A stretch of DNA of 61,108 nucleotides, filler included, from Piptocephalis cylindrospora (lineage: Eukaryota): NCBI GenBank assembly GCA_003614145.1. It is 2 parts of 2 records of this genome, joined end to end, with 100 filler letters (N's around TTAATTAATTAA, not from the genome) between each part and the next. Parts side by side here need not be neighbours in the genome. Positions count along the whole stretch, not along the records: positions 1 to 30,627 come from KZ987754.1; 1 more part is not named here. One strand, written 5' to 3'. A program made the position numbers and the translations under genes. This document shows, one piece after another, positions 12,633 to 25,160 of the stretch (positions within the stretch are counted from its first letter, which is position 1; every line of letters begins with the position of its first letter). The notes under the pieces were generated by a model. The model was not told where the DNA came from, did not search any database, and worked only from the letters and a program-made list of their open reading frames with translations.

Positions 12633-13160
12633 TACGATATATTGGAATGCTAGATGAACGTGGTGGTTTCTCGAGTTGGTTGATAAAAGTACGATGGATG
12701 CGTTGAGGACTATGGAAAGCCTCTGTGTGTACCTAGCTCAACTCCCATCAGGTAAACAAGAGCTTTATTCTATGAACCCCTCACTTTGTCTTCACACAAT
12801 CAGCCGTTGTGGTCCTGGCTGGAGGCGGGATTTATAGGCCCTGGAACGGACGAAATCTGTGTGTCTGTGTGCGGAGGTCGGGGTTACATGGGTGGAGTCA
12901 GTGCGGGGATTTGACTCTACTAAGCTTCAACATCATATATGTCTGTGTGTGACTTGAGCAGATGTTCGTTCGCTTACTTCGCACACCAACCCTGCTAGAT
13001 ATATGGTGATAGGAGAGCCTCTCAAGGGAAGGAGGATGATTAGGCTGGCTTTAAACAAAGAGCCAGGGTCAAGCAACATCGACAGTCCCCCCTTCCTTTT
13101 CCTCTTCTTCCCAAACTCATTTCTTCACCTCACTCTCCTCTATCCCCACACCCGTACCCT

Positions 13161-16100
13161 ATGGTGGTTATCCAGGCCGAGACGGGGAGGATCCTCCCCA
13201 TCCCGTCCCCCGATCCCGACCAATCCCCTGACCTTGCGTATGCTTCCTTCGTTGTTTCCTTTGCATCATAGCCCCTCACACTCACGATCACATCCTCTAT
13301 CCCTTCTCTTTGAATAGACTTCATACGCTTCAGGAGCACATCCATGCCATTACCACAGTCCCAGCCTCAGACCAAATTATCCTGGATCTGGAGGGTCGGG
13401 CCATCCAGGTACCCACGGTTATGGAAACTGACCTGACCGAGGACCTCTATGTTTTTGATCGACAATTCCTTGCCGAGGTCGAGGATCAGGAGCAGGGAGT
13501 GACTGAGAACATGGTCCTTGAGCTCATGGATACCTCCCAGCCGGCGGAGCCCGACGCCTCCCTCCAGCATCAGGCCCAGGAAGCCTGGGAGAGGCTGGGA
13601 AGTCACCGGTCGGTCCGAGAGGCGTGCGAGATCCTTGTGGACCTCTTTAGCTCCCATCATCTTCTTCTTGCCAATTGGGGTCAGGTGGCTGCGGAGAATA
13701 TTGCTCTTGCTGGTCAGATAGCCCAAGAATGTCTTCACCAGCACGCTGCCCTCTCCGCTGCCCTCATCAATCTGGGCCAGCACGCTGTATCCATGAATGA
13801 TACCCACCGTGCCTTTGCCACCTATGCCTCCCAGGAAATCAACAAACGCTCCAATCTCCTCCTCTCCCTCCCTGCAGATCTATTGACCCTCTCGAGCATT
13901 GAAATCCACGGAGCTCTAGTTGCCCAGGGTACAGGAAGAAGACTAGCCGATTTTGTAGATGAATCCCACCTTCGGTCCTTGGCCCACTTGTGTGCCCAGG
14001 ATCATCGGCATATCCAGGAACGAGTGCAAGCTCTAGAAGGCCATGTTAAGCAGGTGATTCAATCCGCCCAAGCCATGTCCTCCCCCCCACCTATGCCATT
14101 GTATGTATGAGAAGAGGGAAAAGGGGATAAAGATGAGGATGTTATCTTATTCCCTTCCTTTCAACAGTTTAGAGGGGCTCAAAGAACGGGTAGAATCGGT
14201 GAGGGAATGTGTACGGCAGTTAGATGTTCAAGAGAAAATTATGGAACGTGACTTTTCCCGTGTAAGTGGGGCCGTCAATGATATTGTTGCCACTTCCCCC
14301 TCCTTGGCGCAGGATAAGGTCATGAGTCTCAAGGAACTGGGCGGGATGCAGCGAGAAGAACACCTAGTGGATGCAGAGACCCGGGAGTTACGTGTGCGTC
14401 AAGTGGCCCAAGATATGATGGGGATCAAGGTAAGTGAGAGGAAGATACGCGATGGGCTATAGAGCATTTCCACTGACACCATCCCATCCATCCTCCCCGA
14501 TGGAATGGACTTGATAAATGGATAGAAAGACCTGACACGAACGCTCCTGGAACACCTTAATACCGTAGCGCAGTTGCAAAATGGTATTGTTAGCGTTACC
14601 CCGGAGATTGAGGAGTTGGAGGAAGCCCTTACAGACAGCTCTCACGTCTTTTCCGACATTCTCCATGCTCATCGCATCCCCATTGCCTATGTAAGTGAAG
14701 GAAGAGGGAGGGTAGCATGGTTGAGAACGTGAATTCCCGAGAGATATAGAGGAAAAACCTTACAGCCCCATCCGCCCCACCCACCATCTTCGTTGCTTTT
14801 TTAGGGAGCTTGCTTGGTGGAGATTGTTCGAAGAAAGGACTACGGACGACTACTGGTGCGGACCTCCGGAGACCTTGTGGATACCCTGGCCAGGATGAGG
14901 TCGCAGGAAGTAAAGAGAAGGGATAGCTTCCGTCAAGAAGTACGTGAGTACCTTCCCATGGAAATTCGAGGGATTGACGAGCCCCCTCCCGAATGCGACA
15001 TGACCGTGAGGCACGCCGAGAGGGACTTGCCTGAATTGACCCGGGAGGACTTGATCGACTTTGAAACCGCCATCTTCCGCATCCGTGCCTCCTTTGGTCA
15101 GGATACCGAGGTAGTATCTATGGCCAATGGTCACCAAGGGGTGCCCATTGAGTCTCCCGTCTATGCGCTTAACAAGCTGCATGCTACCATGGGCAAGATG
15201 CTTACCCAGGCCGATACTATGTCCTCAGAGTTTGATCGACTCATCCCTCGAGGTACGTATCTACTCTTTCAATCATTCTTAAAGACCCTTCTTCGTCTCA
15301 TGCTGTGTTACTTGGCTTTATAGGCAAGGAAAGAGTAGGATCTGGGGCAGTGGTAGCATCGAGATTGACGGATTTTTCCGGAACAAGCTCACCTAGGTCA
15401 AGAACCCCATCTCTTAACTCGGGCCCAGGGTATGTACCCCTCACACGACCCAGGACCCAGTATGATGAGGGGAATGAGATGAAAGAGCGACTTCGAGCTT
15501 ACGAGAATCGTATTACTATGCTTGAGGGCATGCTACGGGAAGGTTTTGAGGCCCGGACTGGCTCCACTACGGATTTAGGAGGGGCTGTAGCGGAATCCGA
15601 CACAGTCATCGATGGAGATGAGAAGGAAAGCGAGAGTAGGGACGGCAATGAGGGGGAGGAGAAGGGAAGCGAGGATATGGTGGACGATGATGAGGGGAAA
15701 GAGGAGGAGGAGGAGGGGGGGGAGGAGGAGGAAGAAAAAAAGGAGAGCGGAGGGGAGGAGGAGAAGGAGAAGGATGATAATGTTGAGGAGAAAAAGGATG
15801 AAAGAAAACGGAGCCAGAAGGAGATGGGGGCGCTTCGAGAGAAATGCGCCACACTGCAGTCACAGTATTCTAGTACAGAAGATGAGTTAAGAAAGATAAA
15901 GGGAGCACTTGGTAGGCTAAATGACGAACTGATGACTCAAAGTCCCACAGCTTTCCAAGACGGCACCAAGGGAGTGGAGCATGGGTGGGAAGTGCTAATA
16001 GACCGGGTGATGGATGGGGCTGTGCGGCTGAAGAAAGAGGTGGCTCAAACCAAGGAAAAATCCATTGATCTTGAAAAGGAACTGGATCGAGTCAAAGAGA

Positions 16101-17367
16101 AGTCCCTGTCCCTTGAGGAAGAGTTGGATCGGAGGATGGAAATGGCCTCAGAATTCGAGAAGGAGCTATGTCAGGCCAACGAGGAAGCCTTGAGCCTTCA
16201 AGAGAAGCTAGATCGATCCGAAGAAAAAAAGATGGACCTCGAGAAGGAATTGAACCAAGCAAAGATGATGGAGGTAGATAGCATGCTCCCTTCAAAGGTA
16301 GAGGAAGGCAACTTGTCTCTCAGTATTAGGGATGAGGAATCACCTCCGATTACAGATGAGGCAGGTGCGGACGAGTGGGGTATGCTCTGTCGGATGGCCG
16401 TGGATGTCCTGGAAGCCCAGCAGAGCTCTATGGAAAAGCTTTCCCAACTCTCTCCAGTACAGGGGCTACTGCGCGGAGATTTGGATGTTTCGGCGATTCA
16501 AGAAACCTCGTCCGTCACCTCCTCTTCCCTCTTCACTTCTTCTTCCTCCTTCAACTCCTCTCTCCATCGGTCATCCGAGCACTCTGGGTCTTTGGCAAAG
16601 ATGTACGATCAGATTATCCGGGTATCCGAGGGTTCAGCTCAAATATCCAAGTTGACTGGGGCCATTGAAACCCTGATTAAAGATTGGGGTAAAGACCGAG
16701 TGAGGATGCAAGGTAAGAGAGTGTAAGTTGATGGATGGGCATATGAATGGCCGTCCTTAATTGCCCTTCCTGGATAGATCGCGTGGCCTCCTTAGAAGGC
16801 ACTGTTCAGGACCGAATTACATATCGAAGGTACGGCCGAATTCTCCTAGGTGTCATACCCTTCCCTTCCATCCATCAAATAGTTCACTCATCCTACCATC
16901 CCAAATAGCTTCCAAGTAGGAGATGTAGCGCTATTCCTCCGAACGCGGCAACCCAAGATCTGGTCGGCCTTTCATATGGACGCTCCTCATTACTTTCTCC
17001 ATATGAACGAATCCCTGGAGAGATGTACACGGTACGTGTATGACTAATTTAGGACCATTTGTATCATCCTTACGCTCATATTCCCGTTGAGGATCACCCC
17101 CTATAGGAAGCGAGAGTGGTTACTTGGAAGGATTGACGTGAAGCAGCAACGCCGAGTTGATGCATCAGTAAGGAACTTGTGACGGACGATCACGACATGC
17201 TCTGCTTCATCGAACTCTAACGATTACCCCTCTCTCCCCCTCTCATTTTACCAATACAGGATGCGTCAACCAACCCTTATGATTTGCCTGATGGTACAAT
17301 CTACCATGTCCTGGAGGTAACGCGAATCCGATCTAAAACCTCTGGAAGCCCCTTTATCAGGGAATAG
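13161..17367 (+). CDS. ATG11: Autophagy scaffold Atg11/FIP200 (about 10 exons)
   Basis: N-terminal MVVIQAETGR...DQIILDLEG...LYVFDR; Atg17-like IPIAYGACLVEIVRRK; coiled coils; C-terminal claw ITYRSFQVGDVALFL...WSAF...PHYFL...REWLLGRI...NPYDLPDG. Example introns 13238-13317, 14101-14167, 14430-14525. Confidence 0.92.
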
Positions 17368-17556
17368 GGGAGGGAGAATGTCTTCTTTTATCCCCATTTT
17401 ATCGTTTTAAAACTCGTACCTTTTTTCGGTATGTTCAGAAATATAACAGTAGTTCGATAACACAGCAGCAGAGATAAACAGAGATCATTCACTCTTTCCA
17501 TCAGTAACAGTATCACCATTCCACGCCATCCCATCTTCTTCTTGTTTCCCTTTTCC

Positions 17557-18819
17557 TTAGGAAGACGCAGCAGAGTTGGGTGATCCGGCGCGGGAGGCGA
17601 TGATGTGGCGATGAAAGTCCCGGAGGAGCCGGTCGACGGCATCAATACCCTGAGGGCCCTGATCAGCAGCCTCCTTGATGCGCTGGGTGACCTGCTTGAC
17701 CTCGGCATCGGTGAGCTCGAGACCGAGCTGTTCACAGCGACTCTTGACAGCGTTCCAACCGGTGAGCCGGTGACCGATGGAGACATACCGGGTCATGCCA
17801 AAGTCCTCAGGCTTGAGGATCTCGTAGGTCGAGGGGTTGTTTAGGATGGCCTTGGCATGGATTCCGGCCTTGTGGGTGAAGGCGCAGTAGCCGGTGATGT
17901 AATTGTTAAAGGGAACCTGGATGTCGACGGCTTCAGCCACCAGGTTCTCAAGATCGCGAAGTCCTGGAAGGTTGTACTTGCCCTTGACGTACTCCTGATC
18001 AGCAGCGTACATGCGGGCCATGAGACCTCCGAGGGGGGTAATGCCATTACGCTCACCGATACCGAGGACGGAGGTGTCAATGTGGGTAGCACCGGCCTCG
18101 AGGGCGGCGTAGGCATTGGCGATGGCACAGCCAGTATCGTTGTGGAAGTGGCACTCAATGTCGCAGGACACGACACCGCGGAGGGTACGGACCAACTCGT
18201 AGACCTGGCGGGGGGAGGCGCACCCGACGGTGTCAGCGATACCAACGCGGTTCACACCTAATTGATCGACGTGCCTGTAGAGGTTGAGGAGGTCGACGAG
18301 TTCGGACCGGAAGGAATCCTCGCTGGAGAAACGAACCTCGAGCCCGGTGGACTTGATGTAGTTGATGACCTCAGTGGCCTGCTTAGTGATGTAGTCCATG
18401 TCCTTGCCATGGGAGAACTCACGAAGGTAGGAGGAGGTGCCAATGACGACGTCAAGCCCATCGACTCCGGTCTCAACGGCGATACGGGCATCATCCATGT
18501 GGCACCGGACGTGGGTGAGGATCTTGGCCTTAAGGCCTAGGCCGGCGATGGTGGCGCAATCCTGCCGGGAGTTCTCAGACGCAGCTGGGGAAGTAATCTC
18601 AATGTAGTCGACGCCAAAGTCGTCGAGAGCCTTGGCGATCTCAACCTTCTTGGCGGTATCGAAGAAGGCGTTGGCGAATTGCTCGCCCTCACGCAGGGTC
18701 GACTCAATAATGGCAAAATTGGAGGTACGTGACAGGTAGTCCGATAGGTTGCCTGCGTAGGGGTTCCTCTTCTGAGAAGGGGCCTGATGGCCGTTGGTCT
18801 GGAGGGGGGCGGACGACAT
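17557..18819 (-). CDS. LYS21: Homocitrate synthase (alpha-aminoadipate lysine pathway), intronless
   Basis: [38 protein letters not shown] and [11 protein letters not shown] motifs. Confidence 0.97.
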   Translation of the reverse strand: MSSAPLQTNGHQAPSQKRNPYAGNLSDYLSRTSNFAIIESTLREGEQFANAFFDTAKKVEIAKALDDFGVDYIEITSPAASENSRQDCATIAGLGLKAKILTHVRCHMDDARIAVETGVDGLDVVIGTSSYLREFSHGKDMDYITKQATEVINYIKSTGLEVRFSSEDSFRSELVDLLNLYRHVDQLGVNRVGIADTVGCASPRQVYELVRTLRGVVSCDIECHFHNDTGCAIANAYAALEAGATHIDTSVLGIGERNGITPLGGLMARMYAADQEYVKGKYNLPGLRDLENLVAEAVDIQVPFNNYITGYCAFTHKAGIHAKAILNNPSTYEILKPEDFGMTRYVSIGHRLTGWNAVKSRCEQLGLELTDAEVKQVTQRIKEAADQGPQGIDAVDRLLRDFHRHIIASRAGSPNSAASS

Positions 18820-19724
18820 GATGGCTGGGAGGGGAAACGCTAAGGAAGGAGGAAAAGAAGCAAGAGTGACTGGATGAGAACCAGAGAGAAAACGGTACAG
18901 GGTCCGGGAAAAAAAAGAAGAGGTTAGTCTGGAAGAGCAGAGATGAAGGGAGGTGAGGATGGGAGCAAAGATGGGCAAGAAAGCGAGGAAGTGGAGGTTT
19001 CGGGCTCTTAAAACCTTTGCTCCTTCCCCAGAGGGTGAAAGGTCGTTTTGGGTACTGGTTGTCTTCACCCCTACACCGCGCTAAGAGAGGACAGGTGTCC
19101 CCTCATTCTCCTCATTATCATCTGCTTCATCTTCATCGCGACTTTGTGACTGACAATCCTCATCCCTCTACTTCACCGCAGTACTATCGTACCCACACCC
19201 TCGCTCATCTGTCCCAGAGCTAGAGAGGGGAGGGGAAGATGGGCTTCTCCGGATTGGTAAGGATTTGTGACCATATGGGGGGGAGGGACCCTTGCCCCAT
19301 CTCCCCATGTGAGCAAACCGTGAGTGGCTAACGGACGAAAAAAAAGTGGTAAAAAGTACCCAAAGATATCTAATCTCCCCAGATGTAGATGATGCTATTG
19401 GTAGCGCCTGGGATGTGTGTGTATGTGCGTGAGGTTGAAAAATCACTATGTTTGACCCTTTTTCTTTTTCTTTTTGGATTGGACTCTTTCTGAGTTTAGA
19501 GGGCTTTTGAGTCTGTGTGTGTATGTGTGTGTCTGTGTGTGTAAGACTTATTGGTAGTATATTCTAGAGGGGAGAAGAACAGGGCTATCAACACACAATG
19601 TGAGACGGGTATAAGGGACGTTGTGTGTGGGCGAGAGAGGGAGAATTGTGGTTTTAAATTTTGACCAATCGCTGGAAAAGGTGATCTAAATTCTAGACCA
19701 ATGCTCTATGGGCAGTGTGTGGTT

Positions 19725-19797
19725 GGCAAAATAGCTCAGTCAGTGGGGCGCTGAGATGATGGCCGAGAGGTCGCAGGTTCAATTCCTGCAGTTTTTT
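19725..19797 (+). pseudogene. Degenerate tRNA-like sequence (nominal anticodon GAT)
   Basis: A-box-like TAGCTCAGTCAG, D-stem GCTC/GGGC, variable loop AGGTC, perfect T-arm GCAGG-TTCAATT-CCTGC, then T6. Acceptor and anticodon stems pair poorly. Confidence 0.7.
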
Positions 19798-21082
19798 CAA
19801 CAATGCTTGTCTCCAAGTATTTCCCTACATTCCTTTAACTTCCATCCTTGGACCTTTCTTCTCCCGGCTCCTCAAGATACTGGCGCTCTCTATGGGCCTT
19901 TTTTCCCTGACTCTGACCTCCTCCTCGGTGTGTGTTTGTGATATGGTCCACGCTGTGGATTCCCCAAAAATGGGGTGATTCCGGTGGGCCACTGTGCCAG
20001 ATTGCAATACATTATATACCTCTTTCTTCTATGGGCAGTGTGGGAGCTGTGGGGATGTCCGCCTAACTGCGGCGTTCAAACATCAGGGAATGTCAGCAGG
20101 TGATGAGAGAAAGGTGAGCTTTTTATCTTATGCTATCCTAGGTCTCATTCGAAAGGAACCCACAGCCCCTTGCATCTAGGGCTGATTAGATGCCATCCGC
20201 ATCATGCATGAAGCAAAGTGCTGCATGAGGAAATGCCTTGGTTTACTATGACCACACTCTCCCTCTCACATTGTGTCATCTTGGATTTGTTCATTCACTC
20301 AGTATGCACTGATGCAGCATTTAGGCTGTCTAACTAGCAAATCTAGATTTAGACCCAAAATCATTCATTCTCCTCTCTTTTGCAGCCAGAATTTACCAAG
20401 AATAGATCATCCCAAAGGTAAATAATAACATGTTCATTCATGATCAAGTAATGTATTCAGAGAGTCCCCCTGTCCATTCATAGTGTAATCAAGCCTTAAG
20501 CCCTTCCCTCTTCCCACCTATCTACATCCAATATCCGGTGTGGAGAGACATACCTCGGAAAAATTGGGGCCCCGTCCAGCCTTAGGCACATTCTGTACAT
20601 ACTCTCATAGACCCATCCTCTCACACACGCATACAGCCACTATAGAATAGCGAAAAGGGTCCCTTACACACGCTCGGCCAAGGAGGAGTTGGGGAATTGG
20701 GTGGCAGTCGATCCCTCCTGCACCCTTCTTGGCAAGACTCCGCCTCTCGAAAACAAGCATTCTTCCCTCTCATATAAATGAGGTTGAAACCAAGCCTTGC
20801 ACAAGGACCGAACCAGCTTCTCTTCTTGTTCATCACTCTCTTTACTCCATCCTGAACCTACTCTACCTCATCTAACCTTCCATCCCCTCTCCCGTCTTGC
20901 AAACCCCTTGGCGCCGGCGCCTTTCCTCATCCTTCTCTTCCCTAGCCCACTCGAGTATTTTCCTTACTCTGCTGCGTTCACTTCCCCACCATTGCACTTG
21001 ACCTCTACGTGTGTACCTGACTGTACATCCTGTCTCCTCCTCCTCCCTCTCGCATCCTCTTTTGACCCCTCCTTCAATTACT

Positions 21083-21406
21083 ATGGAACAGTCTTTCGTC
21101 GAACCATCTCCTAGTGTCCTTGCGAACGCCCTCGTCCCCTCCTCCTCCTCCCCTTCCCCCCCGGTCCCCTATTTCCCTACATCCACAACTACTCCAGCCT
21201 CGACGGCTGTGTCCATGGCTGAGACAATGGCAGACTCTACCCCTACCAACGATGCTTCAGCCTATTCTCCTCAGCAGCTGGGTCTTGTTATTGGTGCAAG
21301 TGTGGGTGTGGCTGGAGTGGCATTGATTGCCTTTACCGCCTTCCTGATCATCCGTAATCGAAGACTCAAGACCAAGGCTGATGAATGGGTCATCTCTACC
21401 TCATGA
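21083..21406 (+). CDS. Small single-pass membrane protein with Ser/Thr/Pro-rich N-terminus
   Basis: LGLVIGASVGVAGVALIAFTAFLII transmembrane segment followed by basic RNRRLK. TATAAAT occurs upstream near 20773. Confidence 0.7.
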   Translation: MEQSFVEPSPSVLANALVPSSSSPSPPVPYFPTSTTTPASTAVSMAETMADSTPTNDASAYSPQQLGLVIGASVGVAGVALIAFTAFLIIRNRRLKTKADEWVISTS

Positions 21407-23882
21407 TCCTTGATGCTCAGTTGATGTGCATGATCATTTCTGCTACTGCTTTCTCTAGGCGGAGTAGGGGAGAGGTTAGAGGAAGAGGAAGAAAGTGAAT
21501 GAACTTGCTCAGGCCTTTTTTTTCTCAATGAACATTTCTCATACTATCTTGTTGAACTGAGGAAAAAGAAGGAATGGTTATGGTAGAGCCCCAAAAGATC
21601 TATTTAAACAACTAGCACAGGACTTGACGTAGTATGGTAGGGAGTATACCAGAATGCTGTATCAATATGGCTTAAAGCATGAGATGTAATAAGGTCGCCA
21701 TGGCACTATTAACAGATAGACGGTTCAATTGACATGACAATAGCGAAGCATGTAATGTTTTATTTGTTTTATTTGAAAATGTATAATGAAAGTATTATTC
21801 ATAAATCATTTGTCATAAACCATGGTATCATGCTCATTGAGAATACTGATACTAAAGCTAACAATTCGTACTGTAGCCCATTAGAATGGAAAATGAGATC
21901 GTTTCTCCTAGGCCACTCAGACTTGAGGATGTCCATATAATCACGCATAAGGGCACTGTGAGGGAATATATCCACCGGAGCCAAACGTTTGGGGCAATGT
22001 GTCTCTGAAGAATGGAAGGAATGGCGGTCAAAGTGGGGCTAGTATTGAACGAGAGCGCTTAGATTACTAGAGAGTGCATTACTCTAATAAGCGGTGTATC
22101 CAAGGATATTGGGAGGTGATAAACCGGTGGAGTGCTCTCCAGGTACTATTGGCTATCCCTGGTCCTTGGACCAGTAAAATCAAGATATGTCGATCATTTG
22201 GGGATAAAGATAAAGCGATACTTTGTTGGACTACTCGATAGTTATTCCTTGGGCTACTTCCTTGAGCTGATCGATGCCATTTCAACCTTGCAGAAAGAAG
22301 AAGGGAAAGGCGTATTGTGAGACCGAAAAGAATTGGTTCTTCTGTATAGCGGTAGGCCAGAACTTTCTATAATCGGGAGGATTGGACGATTTAATGAAGG
22401 GTAAACTACATTGGCGTCACATGGAGCGAATGGGTATAGTGAGTTGCTGAGACGGATAGGCCACATAATTCAACTCAGCTTCCTTGTACGTTTTCATTAT
22501 AAATCCATAGAGAGAAGCATTCCATTTCTAAAAATAAATTGGCTTCGTCTGGACAGAGATTCCAAAGCTCATCCACCCTTACCACTCCTTCATGGAGTGG
22601 TTTTAAGAGGAACATCCGCAATAACCTCTCCAGCCGATAGTGACACGCTCTAAACACGAAAAAGAAGGAATCTCGTGCCCAGGTGTAATAGAAGAGGGAA
22701 GGCCCAGAGTGTGGTATAAGTAGAAGTGGTGGGATGACGGAGAAAGACTCTGACTTTCAACGGGTTGACTTAGCTACATCGTACCAAATGGTAGCATGTG
22801 TATTAGTACAATAGGCACGGAAAGGAACGAAGTACATATTTGTGGCTGATGGATATCAGTTATTATCTCTTTGTCTACGCCGTTGAGTAGGTTGGGCGCG
22901 ATTTATTTATTTAAATAAACCACTGTTTCCCTCTCTTTAAAGGAGACATTTGGATAGTCAGAACGGATAGATTACTTTTCGTGCATTGTCCTCGGCATGG
23001 CTAGGACGGTCATATGGCTTCAAACCTGATCCAAAATTCATTGGTACAGTCGTTTAGGGCTGCATTATGCGCTAGGTAAAAGCATGAATCTGGCATTGCG
23101 ATATTCATCCCAATGACCTGAATGGTTCCGCACGCCATTGAATCGGTCCATGGATTGAGTTTGTCGTGAGAACAGAGACGATAGCCATCCCCATATCAAT
23201 TATGTTATCATATGAATTCCGCATAAGCATCATCCTGAATGGAGTCGTTAATAATAACAACGGAACATGCTGATAGGCCTTACGTTTTTGGACGGCATAT
23301 GCGGATTAAAGACCCTATGCACACCATACTTTTAGGGGTTTATTGGTCCAAGTGTATCTCAAACCTTTTTCGCATCTTCCTCGTCGCGCTTTAAAAGCGG
23401 CCTTCTAAAAGCCATCGACTCCCATTGTATTTTCTTTGGTCGCGTTCTCCCCGGAGCACCATCCTAGTCGTTGATTCGAGTATTTGCTAGAGGTCATATC
23501 GCATTATGTATATATTTCTGTGTTTTCTGGCTCCGCTTTTCCCATTGTCTAGCAAATACTCCGCCCACATCGCCTTCTCCACCAATAGCGATGTCGCTTG
23601 GAACTGCTCATGTGCTTCTTGCATGGAGTATCTCACGCGCTCTCGCCTTCGTTAAACCAGGGTCTGGGAAAAACGACCAGCCGTCCAAGTCATACTCCGT
23701 TTATCATATCAGTAAAGTGGGGAAGAGGCATAAAAGGCCCATCGGTCCAGCCTCCTCACCAGTATCCCTCCTCCTCCCATCCATCCTACTCACCTATCCT
23801 ACCTCTGTCTAGTCTCTTCCCTTGATCCCTTTAATCATTCAATTCACCCTTTCCCCTTTGATAATCCCCATATCCGCCCATT

Positions 23883-24500
23883 ATGCGCTCCTTTACCATT
23901 ACTCTCTCGGCCTTGGCCGCCATTGCTCTCTCCATCAATCCTGTCTATGCTGGATACGGCTGGTACTACCCCGAAACCGTGACGCAGACGACTACTGTGA
24001 GTGTCACCGCTCCTCCTGTCACCCAGACCGAGAGTTACACCGTTACCCAGGGACCTACCATTACCCTTCCTCCTATTACCACGACCAAGACTAAAACGGT
24101 TACCAAGACAGTCACCCCGGCACCCGTCACCAGAACCAAGACAATCACCGTAACCGCTGCTCCTACCAGCGTAGATCCCTCCGCTACTGAGGACCCCTCC
24201 TCTCCCACATCTACCTTCACTAATCCCCCACCCCCTCCGGCTGCTGGATCTTCCTCTACCTACCTCTTCTCCATCAAAAATCCCGAGAATAACTTTAACG
24301 CCTTTGACGCCGAATTCAAGCAAGCGATTGCCAAAGCGAACGATGCTCTGGATAATCCCAACGCCAACACCATTACCACTACCCTCAAGCTAAGCAACTT
24401 TGTCTCCTACACAGCCGTTATTAGCCTCGATGTGTACAACTGGATCCTTCATGACAGTCGTATCAACACCTTTGATGCTGATGGTTCTGGACATACCTAA
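23883..24500 (+). CDS. Secreted protein with Thr-rich linker and C-terminal peptidase-inhibitor I9-like domain
   Basis: Signal peptide MRSFTITLSALAAIALSINPVYA; TVT-type repeats; C-terminal YLFSIK...FVSYTAVIS...ILHDSRINTFDADGSGHT resembles the subtilisin-propeptide (I9) pattern. Confidence 0.7.
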   Translation: MRSFTITLSALAAIALSINPVYAGYGWYYPETVTQTTTVSVTAPPVTQTESYTVTQGPTITLPPITTTKTKTVTKTVTPAPVTRTKTITVTAAPTSVDPSATEDPSSPTSTFTNPPPPPAAGSSSTYLFSIKNPENNFNAFDAEFKQAIAKANDALDNPNANTITTTLKLSNFVSYTAVISLDVYNWILHDSRINTFDADGSGHT

Positions 24501-24913
24501 GACCCGTGAGTATATCATGAGGAATGGCCCCTTTGATGTCTAAAGTGTCCTTGATGTAAAAGATGGTTCTGTTAACCTCGTACACAGGAATAAATGGGAT
24601 GGAATTGAAGATGACGTAAATGGTCGCCTGGTTGTCTTGGACATGCCCCTGGGGAGAAACGGGGGCCATATACTTCAGACTGCGCTGATCATCGAGGGGA
24701 AGGAAAGGGACGCGATCTTTCTTTTGCAAAAGCTGATGTCTGTTTATTTAGAAAACCATACATTATGGCTAGAGAATATGGAAGAAATTACTGAGAGGAG
24801 AAGGGTGGGAAAGACAGGAAATGGATGCGCTTTTGTCCTAACCGACTGATACGTCATGTCAATAGTATACTCCAAATAAACAGGAGCGTCACACTGATTA
24901 GCTCAGTGGTTGT

Positions 24914-24985
24914 GGGGGATTGGCGCAACGGTAGCGCGTTCGACTCCAGATCGAAAGGTTGCGTGTTCAAATCACGTATCCCTCA
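24914..24985 (+). tRNA. tRNA-Trp (CCA)
   Basis: Full cloverleaf: GGGGGAT/ATCCCTC acceptor, GCGC/GCGC D-stem, TTCGA-CTCCAGA-TCGAA anticodon arm, GCGTG-TTCAAAT-CACGT T-arm, T-runs downstream. Confidence 0.97.
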
Positions 24986-25160
24986 TCCTTTTGTATTTTT
25001 TTCTTTGAGTATGAGGCGAAGAAGGGGGGGGGGTTGTAGAAAGGCACAGGTGGTGGAAACGTAATGTGTCTCAAAGAAACCAATGAACTTTTCTTATTCA
25101 TCCTTTTTCCCGTCTGTCCACACCCCATCTCATTCACACTCACGAGGAAAGATGAACACT

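Noticed and set aside
24899..24909. Second A-box-like TAGCTCAGTGG just upstream of tRNA-Trp
   Set aside because: There is no accompanying stem or separate B-box, and an 11-nt match is not enough to call a second tRNA.
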